A DNA stretch of 64,000 nt from Gemmatimonadota bacterium (GTDB lineage Bacteria > Gemmatimonadota > Gemmatimonadetes > Gemmatimonadales > GWC2-71-9): the NCBI GenBank assembly GCA_016874005.1, contig VGVQ01000003.1:35019-99018 (forward strand), read 5' to 3'. The position numbers and the translations under genes were made by a program. How positions within the stretch are numbered: position 1 is the first letter of the stretch; each line of letters begins with the position of its first letter. Under the pieces are notes generated by a model. That model was not told where the DNA came from. It worked only from the letters and a program-made list of their open reading frames with translations, and did not search any database. Below, piece after piece: positions 1 to 8,396 of this stretch.

Positions 1-275
1 GTGGTGGCGGGTGCTGGCCAAACTGAGCGCCCACTGCGCCGCGCCGTGACCCGGGCCTGACGCCTTCCCGCCCGCCGCCCGGCGGAGTATCGTAGGCCGA
101 CCGTCATGGCCGCTCGAATCCTCTCGGAAGCCGAAACCCGGGCGTTGCTCGGCCCCGCCGACCCGATCGCCGCCCGTCGGGCAGCGTTCGCCGCGCTCGG
201 GCGGGACGCCGCGCCCCACTTCGCCGACGACGAGGTCGCCATCGTGGCCAACCGGCTTCGCGTTCCGCTCCCGAC

Positions 276-1649
276 GTGAACGCCTCCTGGTGGCGAGCGG
301 TGCTCGTTCTAACGGGCTGCGCTTCTCTCGAGCCGGACCGGCTCCCACGCTTGGTCGATGCCCCATGCGCGCCCGATCTGCCCGGTGCCAGCTACCGGTG
401 CGGTGAACTGGTGGTGCCCCGGCGGTGGCCCGCATCGGCGACCGCAAGTTCGGGGGACACGGCCACGGTGGCACTCCACTACCTCGTTCTGGCCGCGAAC
501 GCGGAGCCGGAAGCGCCCGACCCGATCGTCGTGCTGGGTGGGGGTCGAGGCCGGACGGCGTTCACGGATCTGCTGGTGCTCGCGGCCCTCCAGCGCGAAG
601 GGACCGACCGGGCAATCGTCGTGTTGGAGCGGCGGGGAGCCGGGTATTCGCGGCCCTCGCTCGGCTGTCCGGCTGGTCCCGGCCTGCCCGGCGCCATCGA
701 GTGCCGCGACGCGTTGGACCGAGCCGCCGTTCGGGTCGAAGATTTCGGCACCGACGCGGCGGCCCGCGACGCGATCGCGTTGCTCGACCTGCTCGGCGTC
801 GAGCGTGCCAACCTGGTGGCAATCGACGCCGGCGCGCGCTGGGCTCGCCGGGTCGCCGAGCTGGCGCCGCATCGGGTCCGGAGCCTGGTGTTCGACAGCC
901 TGTACTTTGGTCCCGTGCCCGGGAGCGCCGACCGGGTGTTGGCCGCCCTGGTCGATGCCTGCGGCCGGGATCCCGGTTGCCGGTCGGCGTTTCCGTCGCT
1001 GGCGGAACGCCTCGACGTCGTCATCGCTGCCCGGAGGCTCCCCCGGGCGACCCCCGACCTCGCGACCTTCGTCGAGATGACCGACGCGGCGCTGACCGAC
1101 CAGGCCAAGCTCGCCCGGATCCCGGCCGGCATCGCCGCCGCGGCTCGAGACGATTGGGTTACCGCGGCGAGGCTGCTCCAACAAGGCGCCGACATCCCCG
1201 AAGGGGTCCGGATGGATCGGCTGATGACCGAGGGGCTTCGGCTGGTCGAATGCGGTGAGTGGCTGGCAACCAGCGGTGAGGTCGGGTCGACGGTCCGCTG
1301 GCCAGAACTCGAACGGGAGCGGGCCCGCCGTCTCGATGCCGACCGCGACCGCTGCCGTGTCTTCGCCGGCCGGCGAGGTGACGGGAATCCTGAGGCCCCG
1401 GCGGCTGACCGCGATTCGGTCGGCGCCATTCCATCGGTGGCCCTGGTCGGCGAGTTCGATCCGGACGCCCGTCCGGTTCAGGCCACCTACGGTGGCCCTG
1501 GGGCCGTCGTCGTCCCCTCGATGAGCCGCCTAACGCTCGGCTCGGCCTGCTGTCGCGATGTCCTGAGGGTTTTCCTGGCCAGGCCCGCCGCAACTCCCGA
1601 TCCGCCATGCCTCGGGTTCACCCAGCCGGTTCACTTCGTTCCCCGATGA
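276..1649 (+). CDS. secreted or lipoprotein alpha/beta-hydrolase-fold protein, subfamily unresolved
   Basis: 457-aa track ORF with a GTG start. The N-terminus WWRAVLVLTGC looks like a lipoprotein signal with a lipobox Cys. The segments VVLGGGRG and LVAIDAGARW...VRSLVFDS resemble the oxyanion and nucleophile-elbow regions of alpha/beta hydrolases. Overlapping ORFs in other frames have Arg/Pro/Gly-rich junk composition. Confidence 0.55.
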   Translation: MNASWWRAVLVLTGCASLEPDRLPRLVDAPCAPDLPGASYRCGELVVPRRWPASATASSGDTATVALHYLVLAANAEPEAPDPIVVLGGGRGRTAFTDLLVLAALQREGTDRAIVVLERRGAGYSRPSLGCPAGPGLPGAIECRDALDRAAVRVEDFGTDAAARDAIALLDLLGVERANLVAIDAGARWARRVAELAPHRVRSLVFDSLYFGPVPGSADRVLAALVDACGRDPGCRSAFPSLAERLDVVIAARRLPRATPDLATFVEMTDAALTDQAKLARIPAGIAAAARDDWVTAARLLQQGADIPEGVRMDRLMTEGLRLVECGEWLATSGEVGSTVRWPELERERARRLDADRDRCRVFAGRRGDGNPEAPAADRDSVGAIPSVALVGEFDPDARPVQATYGGPGAVVVPSMSRLTLGSACCRDVLRVFLARPAATPDPPCLGFTQPVHFVPR

Positions 1650-1763
1650 CCTCCACGCGGCGGCCGAGGCTCGCGGCTCGATTGCCGGGGCGCCTGGCGA
1701 ACGGCGCCGCGGCCCCACTGCCTCGAACAAATCGGAGTGGCGTCGTGGCTGGTCGGTCGAGTC

Positions 1764-2126
1764 CTAGGCGGTGAAGCTCGTCCCGCAGCCGCACCCGCCG
1801 GTGGCGTTCGGGTTCTCGAAGGTGAAACCGGACCCTTGCATCGAGGTGACGTAGTCGATCTTGACGCCGTTGAGGTACGGCAGGCTGAACCCGTCGACGA
1901 ACAGCTTGACCGCTCCGACGTCGAGGATGATGTCATCCGCCTCCGACTTCTCCTCGATGTTCAGATTGTACTTGAAGCCCGAACAGCCACCGGGCATCAC
2001 GCTGACCCGAAGCCCGCCGACCTCCGGCGTGATCTGCTCGGCCGCCATGAACTTGAGCACCTCGGTCACCGCGGCGGGTGTGAGGTGGATCGCGGCGCCA
2101 GCGACGGGCTTTTCGGTCGTGCTCAT
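1764..2126 (-). CDS. A-type iron-sulfur cluster carrier (IscA/ErpA/HesB family)
   Basis: 120 aa. Contains GGCSGFKY and the C-terminal CGCGTSF motif that supplies the three conserved Cys of A-type carriers. GGAGGA Shine-Dalgarno (reverse complement of 2131-2136) lies 4 nt before the ATG. Confidence 0.9.
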   Translation of the reverse strand: MSTTEKPVAGAAIHLTPAAVTEVLKFMAAEQITPEVGGLRVSVMPGGCSGFKYNLNIEEKSEADDIILDVGAVKLFVDGFSLPYLNGVKIDYVTSMQGSGFTFENPNATGGCGCGTSFTA

Positions 2127-2175
2127 GAAGTCCTCCTATTCCGACTTGAAAACTAGGAATAACCGGGTCCGGTTG

Positions 2176-3339
2176 TCAACGCGCCCCGGCGTCGAGCGCG
2201 GCGACCGTCCGATCGGCCACCAGGACGCGCAACGGGCCGAGTCGCGGATTGTCGCGGGTCGGGTGGACCCGATTGCTGAGCAAAACGATGACCAGATCAC
2301 GAGTTGGGTCGATCCAGATCGAGGTGCCGGTGAAGCCGGTGTGTCCGAAGCTGGCGGGTGACAGGCGGGTCCCGGCGCTGCTGCCGGAGGACGGAGTGTC
2401 CCATCCGAGCGCCCGGCTGGAACCGGGCACCAGGTCTTGCCGCCGGGTGAATTCGAGCACGGTGGCGGCGGTGAGCTTCGGGCCGGGGCCGGCGAGCCCT
2501 CGGCGGGCCGCGAGCAGCCACTCGCCGAACCGTACCAGGTCCTCTACCGTCCCGAACAGCCCGGCGTGTCCGGAGATTCCGCCGAGGAACGCGGCGTTCT
2601 CGTCATGGACTTCGCCGCGGACGATGCGCCCGCGCCAGGGATCCCGCTCGGTCGGGGCGATGCGGGGGAGCCAGCCGGCCGGCGGACGGTAGCGAGAGCT
2701 CCGCAGGCCCAGGGGGTTGCTGACCAGGCGATCGAAGAGACGGTCGATCGGCTGCCCCAGGGCGCGCTCCACCAGCTGGGTCACCAGGATCGCCCCGAGG
2801 TCCGAGTAGACCATTCGGACACCGGCGGCCGTGTCGAGTGGGGTGCTGGCCACCAGGGTCAGCGCGGCGGCCTCGGACGACGACTCGCGCCAGAGCGGCC
2901 GATGGGCCGGCAGACCGCTGGAGTGGGTCAGCAGATGCCGGACCGTAACTCGATCCTTGCCCTGACCGGCGAACTCGGGGAGGTACCGGACCACGGGCGC
3001 GTCGAGATCGATCGCCCCACGCTCCACGGCCACCATGGTAACGGTGGTCAGCGCCACCACCTTGGTCAGCGAGGCCAGGTCGTAGATGGTCCGCCGGCTG
3101 GTGGGCGCGTGGTCGTCGATGCCGAGGACCCCGGCGGCGTGGAAGAAGCGGCGACCGGCCGCCGAAATCCCCACGGTCGCGCCCGGGGCCGCGCCTGACC
3201 GAACCGCCGAGTCGACCCCGGCCACCACTTCGGCCCAGGGACACCCGGGACCGCATCCCGTTGGCACCGGGGTCGCCGCACTCGGTCCCCGGCACCCGAG
3301 GACCGCGACGATGACGCCGGCGCTAGCGAGTCGCGGCAT
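2176..3339 (-). CDS. beta-lactamase-fold serine hydrolase, AmiE-like (possible MurNAc-L-Ala amidase)
   Basis: 387 aa. SxxK motif in DLASLTKVVA and a signal-like N-terminus. The 5' end overlaps the nagZ stop by 17 nt. The fold and neighbourhood match the B. subtilis amiE-nagZ-ybbC arrangement as I recall it. Confidence 0.7.
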   Translation of the reverse strand: MPRLASAGVIVAVLGCRGPSAATPVPTGCGPGCPWAEVVAGVDSAVRSGAAPGATVGISAAGRRFFHAAGVLGIDDHAPTSRRTIYDLASLTKVVALTTVTMVAVERGAIDLDAPVVRYLPEFAGQGKDRVTVRHLLTHSSGLPAHRPLWRESSSEAAALTLVASTPLDTAAGVRMVYSDLGAILVTQLVERALGQPIDRLFDRLVSNPLGLRSSRYRPPAGWLPRIAPTERDPWRGRIVRGEVHDENAAFLGGISGHAGLFGTVEDLVRFGEWLLAARRGLAGPGPKLTAATVLEFTRRQDLVPGSSRALGWDTPSSGSSAGTRLSPASFGHTGFTGTSIWIDPTRDLVIVLLSNRVHPTRDNPRLGPLRVLVADRTVAALDAGAR

Positions 3340-5062
3340 TGCCGCTCGAGAGGATCAGACCGCTGCCTAACGCCGCGTGGGGCGGCAGCGGGATGGGGAG
3401 CCGCCCGGTGATCGGGGCCCCCGCGAGCGCCTGGGCGGCGGCCCGCTCGGTCAGGGGATTCGCGGTCCAGGCCAACAGCAACGACCCGATCGACGGCGCT
3501 TGCGACAACAGGTAGGGCGATCCGAACGACACCACGACCAGGGGCTGGGCGGAGCGCTCCTCGATCAGCGCCGCGAGTGCCGGCGGCATCGCGATCGACC
3601 CGCTGCCGGTCGTCACCCGGACCCCGACTGCCACGACCGCCGTCGGAGCCGACCCGAGGACCGCGCGGGCGGAGTCATAGGACGCCGGTCCGCTGCTCGG
3701 GTAGAGCCGAAACGACCGCACCCGATGACCGGCCTCGGCCAGCTGGCCGGCGAAGTTGCCGTCGCCGAAACCGATGACCGCCAGGTCCTGGGGCGCCCGC
3801 CGGAGTCGCGCGACCACGCCGTCGCGATCTTTGACGAGCACCAATGCCCGAGCCGAGATCGCCCGGGCGCTATCGATGAAGGCCCGCCGGCCGACCACTT
3901 CGCCGATCCGGTCGAGCGACACCGTGCGCTGGCGAAACAGGCCGGCCCGCTCCTTGAGAACGAGGAGGCGGCGAACCGACCGGTCGAGCCTCGCCCGACT
4001 GACCCGGCCCGACCGAACCGCGGCGACCAGGGCGTCGATCGCGGCGACTGGATCCGCCGGCATCAGCAAGAGGTCGCTTCCGGCCTCGAATGCCCGGACC
4101 GCGGCCTCGCCCGCGCCGTAGCGAGTCACCAGCGCGCCCATGTCCAAGGCGTCGGTCACGACCAGACCGCGGAACCCGAGCGAATCCCTGAGGACTTTCT
4201 CCATCACACCCTTCGACAGCGTCGCCGGAAGGGAATCGGGGTCGAGGGCGGTCACCGCGATGTGGCCTGACATCACGACGTCGACCCCCGCCCGGATGGC
4301 CGCCCGGAACGGGACCAGCTCGGTCATCACCAGATCGGGCCACGACTTGCCCACCACGGGCAGGGCGATGTGGGAGTCGACCTCGGTATCGCCGTGCCCA
4401 GGGAAGTGTTTCGCCGTCGAGAGGATCCCGGTGGACTTGAGGCCCCGGACCGTGGCGGCGACGAACCGACCGACCTGGGCCGCGTCGGAGCCGAACGAAC
4501 GGGTGTTGATGACGGGGTTGGCGGCGTTGTTGTTGACGTCGGCCACTGGCGAGAACGTCAAATGGACCCCGACCGCGCGTCCTTCGAGCCCGGTGATCCG
4601 GCCCATGGTATGGGCGTCCTGCTCCCTCCCGCCGGCCGCCACGCCCATATTGGTGGGGAAGGGGGTGGCGCCGGTGAACCGGAACGCCGCCCCGCCTTCC
4701 AGATCCGACGCGATCAGCAGCGGAGTCCGCGACCGGCGCTGGAGGAAGTTGAGCTTCGCGGCGACGTCGAGTGGCGAGCCGATCGAGATCACGATCCCGC
4801 CGACCTCGAGCGAGTCCACCCAGCCGCGAGCCTTGGCGAGGCCGTCGGCGTCGAAGCCAGCGAAGTCGCCGAGCAGCCAAGGCATGACGGTCTGGGCCGC
4901 CCGCTGCCGAATGGTCATCCCCGACAGGGCGCGCTCTACCACCTGGCTCGTCCCGGTCTGAGCGGCGGTCCGCTCCGGCACGGCGGCGCTGCCCGCGACG
5001 ACGACCAGCAGGCCAGATACCGCGACCGGTGTCCGAGGAGAACGGCGAAGACGATGATCCAT
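3323..5062 (-). CDS. nagZ: glycoside hydrolase family 3 beta-N-acetylhexosaminidase (two-domain, secreted NagZ type)
   Basis: 579 aa. GH3 motif KHFPGHGDTEVDSH and an N-terminal signal (VAVSGLLVVVAGSAAV). The length resembles B. subtilis NagZ/YbbD rather than the short cytoplasmic NagZ. Confidence 0.85.
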   Translation of the reverse strand: MDHRLRRSPRTPVAVSGLLVVVAGSAAVPERTAAQTGTSQVVERALSGMTIRQRAAQTVMPWLLGDFAGFDADGLAKARGWVDSLEVGGIVISIGSPLDVAAKLNFLQRRSRTPLLIASDLEGGAAFRFTGATPFPTNMGVAAGGREQDAHTMGRITGLEGRAVGVHLTFSPVADVNNNAANPVINTRSFGSDAAQVGRFVAATVRGLKSTGILSTAKHFPGHGDTEVDSHIALPVVGKSWPDLVMTELVPFRAAIRAGVDVVMSGHIAVTALDPDSLPATLSKGVMEKVLRDSLGFRGLVVTDALDMGALVTRYGAGEAAVRAFEAGSDLLLMPADPVAAIDALVAAVRSGRVSRARLDRSVRRLLVLKERAGLFRQRTVSLDRIGEVVGRRAFIDSARAISARALVLVKDRDGVVARLRRAPQDLAVIGFGDGNFAGQLAEAGHRVRSFRLYPSSGPASYDSARAVLGSAPTAVVAVGVRVTTGSGSIAMPPALAALIEERSAQPLVVVSFGSPYLLSQAPSIGSLLLAWTANPLTERAAAQALAGAPITGRLPIPLPPHAALGSGLILSSGNAATR

Positions 5063-6268
5063 GGTGTCGGTCTAGTGCTCTCGCTCAGCGTGGTGGTGGC
5101 GACGATCCTGGAGGCCCAACGGCCCACCGTACGGCCCGGGATCGACGTCTTGCTCACCGACAGCATCCACCTGGTGGCCGGGAGGCGGGTCGGCTTGGTC
5201 GCCAATCAGGCCAGCGTGGACCAGTTCGGGGTCCACGGGGTCGATCGCCTTCGGGCTGCCGGAGTGACACTGGTGGCCCTCTTCAGCCCTGAACACGGGT
5301 TTCGGGGCCTGGCCGACCCTGGCGAAGAGGTCCACACCACCACCGATTCCGCGACCGGCCTCCCAATTTACAGCCTCTATGGCAAGAATCTGGCCCCCAC
5401 CCCCGAGATGCTCGATTTGCTCGACGCCGTCCTGATCGACCTCCCGGATGTCGGCGCCCGCTATTTCACCTATTTGTCGACGGCGGAGCAGGTCATGAAC
5501 GCCGCGGCGACCGCCCGCAAGGCCGTCATCGTGCTCGACCGTCCCAACCCCTTGGGCGGCGCCATGCACGGGAACGTGCTCGACACCGCGTTTCGCTCGT
5601 TCGTGGGTCGGTTCCCGGTTCCGATGCGCTACGGGCTGACGATGGGCGAGTTAGCCCGGTGGATCGACGCGGGCGCGAGCCGCCCAGTCGGGGTTCGGGT
5701 CGTGCCCGCGGCGGGGTGGCGGCGGCGCGATACCGGGTTTGAGACCGGGCTTCCGTTTCTTCGACCGAGCCCGAACCTGAAGGACCTGGAAAGCTTGTTC
5801 CACTACCCTGGGACCTGCCTGTTCGAGGGAACGGCTTTGTCGGTTGGACGGGGCACCGACGCACCATTCAGCCAGGTCGGGGCGCCCTGGCTCGACACGG
5901 CCCGGGTCCTCGGGTCGCTCCGGCGGCAGCGGCTCGAAGGGGTCGCCTTCTCGGCGACCTCCTTCACCCCCAGGCGCCCGGGGGACGCGAAGTTCGCCGA
6001 CACCGCGCTGGTGGGGATCCGCTGGCACCTCACCGACCGGACCCGATACGACCCCACCCTCGTCGCGGTCGCGGTTCTCGCCACGATTCGCCGAATCCAT
6101 CCCGACCGAATCGGGTTCATCCCGGCCCATTTCGATCGGCTCGCGGGTGGCGCCGCCCTCCGCCGTGCGCTCGAGGCCGGGGTGGCTCCCGCGCGGGTGA
6201 CGGCCGCCTGGGCCGCCGAGCGCCGAAGGTTCGCTCGCGCCGTCCGTCCGTTCCTCATCTATCGCTGA
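5054..6268 (+). CDS. DUF1343 family protein (YbbC/NamZ-like exo-beta-N-acetylmuramidase)
   Basis: Track ORF 4370..6268 trimmed to the in-frame ATG at 5054 (MIHGVGLVLSLSVVVATILEAQ, signal-like). The remaining 404 aa match my memory of the DUF1343 family. The discarded 228 codons are antisense to nagZ and Arg/Gly/Asp-rich. A GTG at 5075 is an alternative start. Confidence 0.75.
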   Translation: MIHGVGLVLSLSVVVATILEAQRPTVRPGIDVLLTDSIHLVAGRRVGLVANQASVDQFGVHGVDRLRAAGVTLVALFSPEHGFRGLADPGEEVHTTTDSATGLPIYSLYGKNLAPTPEMLDLLDAVLIDLPDVGARYFTYLSTAEQVMNAAATARKAVIVLDRPNPLGGAMHGNVLDTAFRSFVGRFPVPMRYGLTMGELARWIDAGASRPVGVRVVPAAGWRRRDTGFETGLPFLRPSPNLKDLESLFHYPGTCLFEGTALSVGRGTDAPFSQVGAPWLDTARVLGSLRRQRLEGVAFSATSFTPRRPGDAKFADTALVGIRWHLTDRTRYDPTLVAVAVLATIRRIHPDRIGFIPAHFDRLAGGAALRRALEAGVAPARVTAAWAAERRRFARAVRPFLIYR

Positions 6269-6337
6269 TCGCCCGCGGTCACGGGTGAGCCACGCCGGCC
6301 AGCGATCATTTGCGGCGTGAGCCCGCAACCATTATCC

Positions 6338-6367
6338 TTGAGAGCTGTTAAGTCGTTGTCGTATCTA
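6338..6367 (+). promoter_or_regulatory. candidate sigma70-type promoter for the inositol-lipid array
   Basis: TTGAGA (6338-6343), an 18-nt spacer, then TATCTA (6362-6367). It sits in the only AT-richer stretch between the namZ-like stop and the GTG at 6406. GGAAGG at 6397-6402 is a possible SD. Pattern match by eye only. Confidence 0.25.
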
Positions 6368-6405
6368 TTCATTAGCCAGGTTGATACCGCCAAATCGGAA
6401 GGCGC

Positions 6406-7047
6406 GTGAAGCTCGTCACCAAGTCATTGGAACGGACCTTTTTCGCGCTCACGGACCCGGCGGTCGAGCTACTCCTGAAGGCCGGCGTCCGGCCCAACAC
6501 GCTGACCACCCTTGGCGCCCTGCTCGTGGTGGTTTCGTCGGTGGCCTACGGCGCCGGTTGGATCCGCTGGGGTGGGGCACTGCTGCTGCTGTCGGGGGTG
6601 GTCGACACTTTCGACGGGCAGGTGGCTCGGCGGACCGGCGCGGTCACCAAGTTCGGCGCCTTCTACGACTCGACTTTGGACCGGGTGGGTGACGGAGCGA
6701 CCTTCATCGGCCTGGCGACCTATCTGCTCCGGACCCCGGGGATCTCGTATCAGATCGAGATGGCGGTCCTGGCGATGGTGGCGATCCTGAGTTCGCTCCT
6801 GGTCTCCTACGCGCGGGCTCGGGCCGAAGGGCTGGGACTCGACTGCAAGGTCGGGCTGGTCCAGCGAGCCGAACGTTTGCTGGGGATCGGGGTTCCGACC
6901 GTGCTGATCGGCGCGGGCCCCGGCGGAATCGTGGTCCAGGCGATCATCGTGATCTTGGCGGTGCTCTCGACGGTGACGGTGGTGCAGCGGTTCGTCTACA
7001 TCTATCAGGTCACCGAGGGCTCGAAGCGAGAGGGCATCAACTCGTGA
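6406..7047 (+). CDS. CDP-alcohol phosphatidyltransferase (probable phosphatidylinositol-phosphate synthase)
   Basis: 213 aa and multi-pass hydrophobic. Exact family motif D-x2-DG-x2-AR-x8-G-x3-D-x3-D in DTFDGQVARRTGAVTKFGAFYDSTLD. Lies immediately upstream of inositol-1-phosphate synthase. Confidence 0.85.
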   Translation: MKLVTKSLERTFFALTDPAVELLLKAGVRPNTLTTLGALLVVVSSVAYGAGWIRWGGALLLLSGVVDTFDGQVARRTGAVTKFGAFYDSTLDRVGDGATFIGLATYLLRTPGISYQIEMAVLAMVAILSSLLVSYARARAEGLGLDCKVGLVQRAERLLGIGVPTVLIGAGPGGIVVQAIIVILAVLSTVTVVQRFVYIYQVTEGSKREGINS

Positions 7048-7062
7048 GAAAGGAAGAACGGA

Positions 7063-8394
7063 GTGCCTGAACGAAATGGGAAATCCATCGCACCCGCCGA
7101 GGGCAAGCTCGGGGTGCTGTGCGTGGGACTTGGCGCGGTCGCCTCGACCTTCATCGCCGGCGTCGAGAACGTCCGGCGGGGACGGGCCCAGGCGACGGGA
7201 TCGCTGGCCGAGCTGGCGACCATCCGCCTCGGCAAACGAACCGACAAGCGGTCGCCGCTGATCAAGGATTTCGTGCCCCTCGCGAAGCTGGACGACCTGG
7301 TCTTCGGTGCCTGGGATCCAGTGCCGGACGACTGCTACCAGTCGTGTCTCCACTGCGGCGTCCTCGACAAGCACGAGCACGTCGAGCCGATCGCCGACTT
7401 CCTCAAGTCGGTCAAGCCGATGCCGGCCGCCTTCGATCAGCACTACGTCAAACGACTCCAAGGCAGCAACGTCAAGAAGGGCACCAAGCGCGAGCAGGCC
7501 GATGGGCTCCGGAAGGACATCCGCGCCTTCCAGGCCAAGCATGGTTGCACTCGGATGGTGATGGTGTGGTGCGCCTCGACCGAGATCTTCATCGTGCCCG
7601 GGCCGGCCCATCAGTCGATCGAGGCCTTCGAGAAAGCCATCGACGCCAACGATCCGTCGATTGCGCCCTCGATGCTCTACGCGTATGCCGCCGTGATGGA
7701 AGGGGTGCCGTTCGCCAACGGCGCCCCGAACCTGACCTGCGACTTCCCGGCCCTCGAGGAACTTGCCCGAAACAAGAAGGTGGCCATCGGCGGCAAGGAC
7801 TTCAAGACCGGTCAGACCATGCTCAAGACCGTGCTCTCGCCGATGTTCAAGGCGCGGATGCTCGGCGTGGCCGGCTGGTACTCCACCAACATCCTCGGTA
7901 ATCGCGACGGCGAAGTGCTCGACGACCCCGAGAGCTTCAAGACCAAGGAAGAGTCGAAGCTTGGCGTCCTCGAGCACATTCTCCAGCCGGAGTTGTACCC
8001 CCACCTCTACGGCAAGCTCTATCACAAGGTCCGGATCAACTACTACCCTCCCCGGGGCGACAACAAGGAGGGCTGGGACAACATCGACATCTTCGGGTGG
8101 CTTGGCTATCCGATGCAGATCAAGGTCGACTTCCTCTGCCGCGACTCGATCCTGGCGGCGCCGCTGGTGCTCGACCTCGCCTTGTTCTTCGATCTCGCCC
8201 AGCGGGCCGGAATGTCCGGGATCCAGGAGTGGCTCTCGTTCTACTTCAAGAGCCCTCAAGTGGCCCCAGGACTCTACCCCGAGCACGACCTGTTCATCCA
8301 GCAGACCAAGCTGAAGAACACCTTGCGATACCTGATGGGTGAGGAGCAGATCACCCACCTGGGCGTCGAGTACTACGACTACGGGAAGGAGTGA
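7063..8394 (+). CDS. ino1: myo-inositol-1-phosphate synthase
   Basis: 443 aa. Conserved MIPS blocks NILGNRDG, DSILAAPLVLDL and the N-terminal GLGAVAST Rossmann segment. Confidence 0.9.
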   Translation: MPERNGKSIAPAEGKLGVLCVGLGAVASTFIAGVENVRRGRAQATGSLAELATIRLGKRTDKRSPLIKDFVPLAKLDDLVFGAWDPVPDDCYQSCLHCGVLDKHEHVEPIADFLKSVKPMPAAFDQHYVKRLQGSNVKKGTKREQADGLRKDIRAFQAKHGCTRMVMVWCASTEIFIVPGPAHQSIEAFEKAIDANDPSIAPSMLYAYAAVMEGVPFANGAPNLTCDFPALEELARNKKVAIGGKDFKTGQTMLKTVLSPMFKARMLGVAGWYSTNILGNRDGEVLDDPESFKTKEESKLGVLEHILQPELYPHLYGKLYHKVRINYYPPRGDNKEGWDNIDIFGWLGYPMQIKVDFLCRDSILAAPLVLDLALFFDLAQRAGMSGIQEWLSFYFKSPQVAPGLYPEHDLFIQQTKLKNTLRYLMGEEQITHLGVEYYDYGKE

Positions 8395-8396
8395 GG

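Noticed and set aside
4370-5053. Long N-terminal extensions of track ORFs (for example 4370..5053 before the DUF1343 gene, 17050..17988 before the esterase, 54330..54698 before uvrB, 40358..40714, 61693..61926)
   Set aside because: The extensions overlap upstream genes in other frames and are Arg/Gly/Pro-rich. They precede internal start codons that give canonical N-termini or signal peptides, often with an SD or a 4-nt stop/start overlap.
6469-8358. 629-aa minus-strand ORF antisense to the phosphatidyltransferase and ino1
   Set aside because: High-GC antisense artefact. The sense frames carry exact family motifs.
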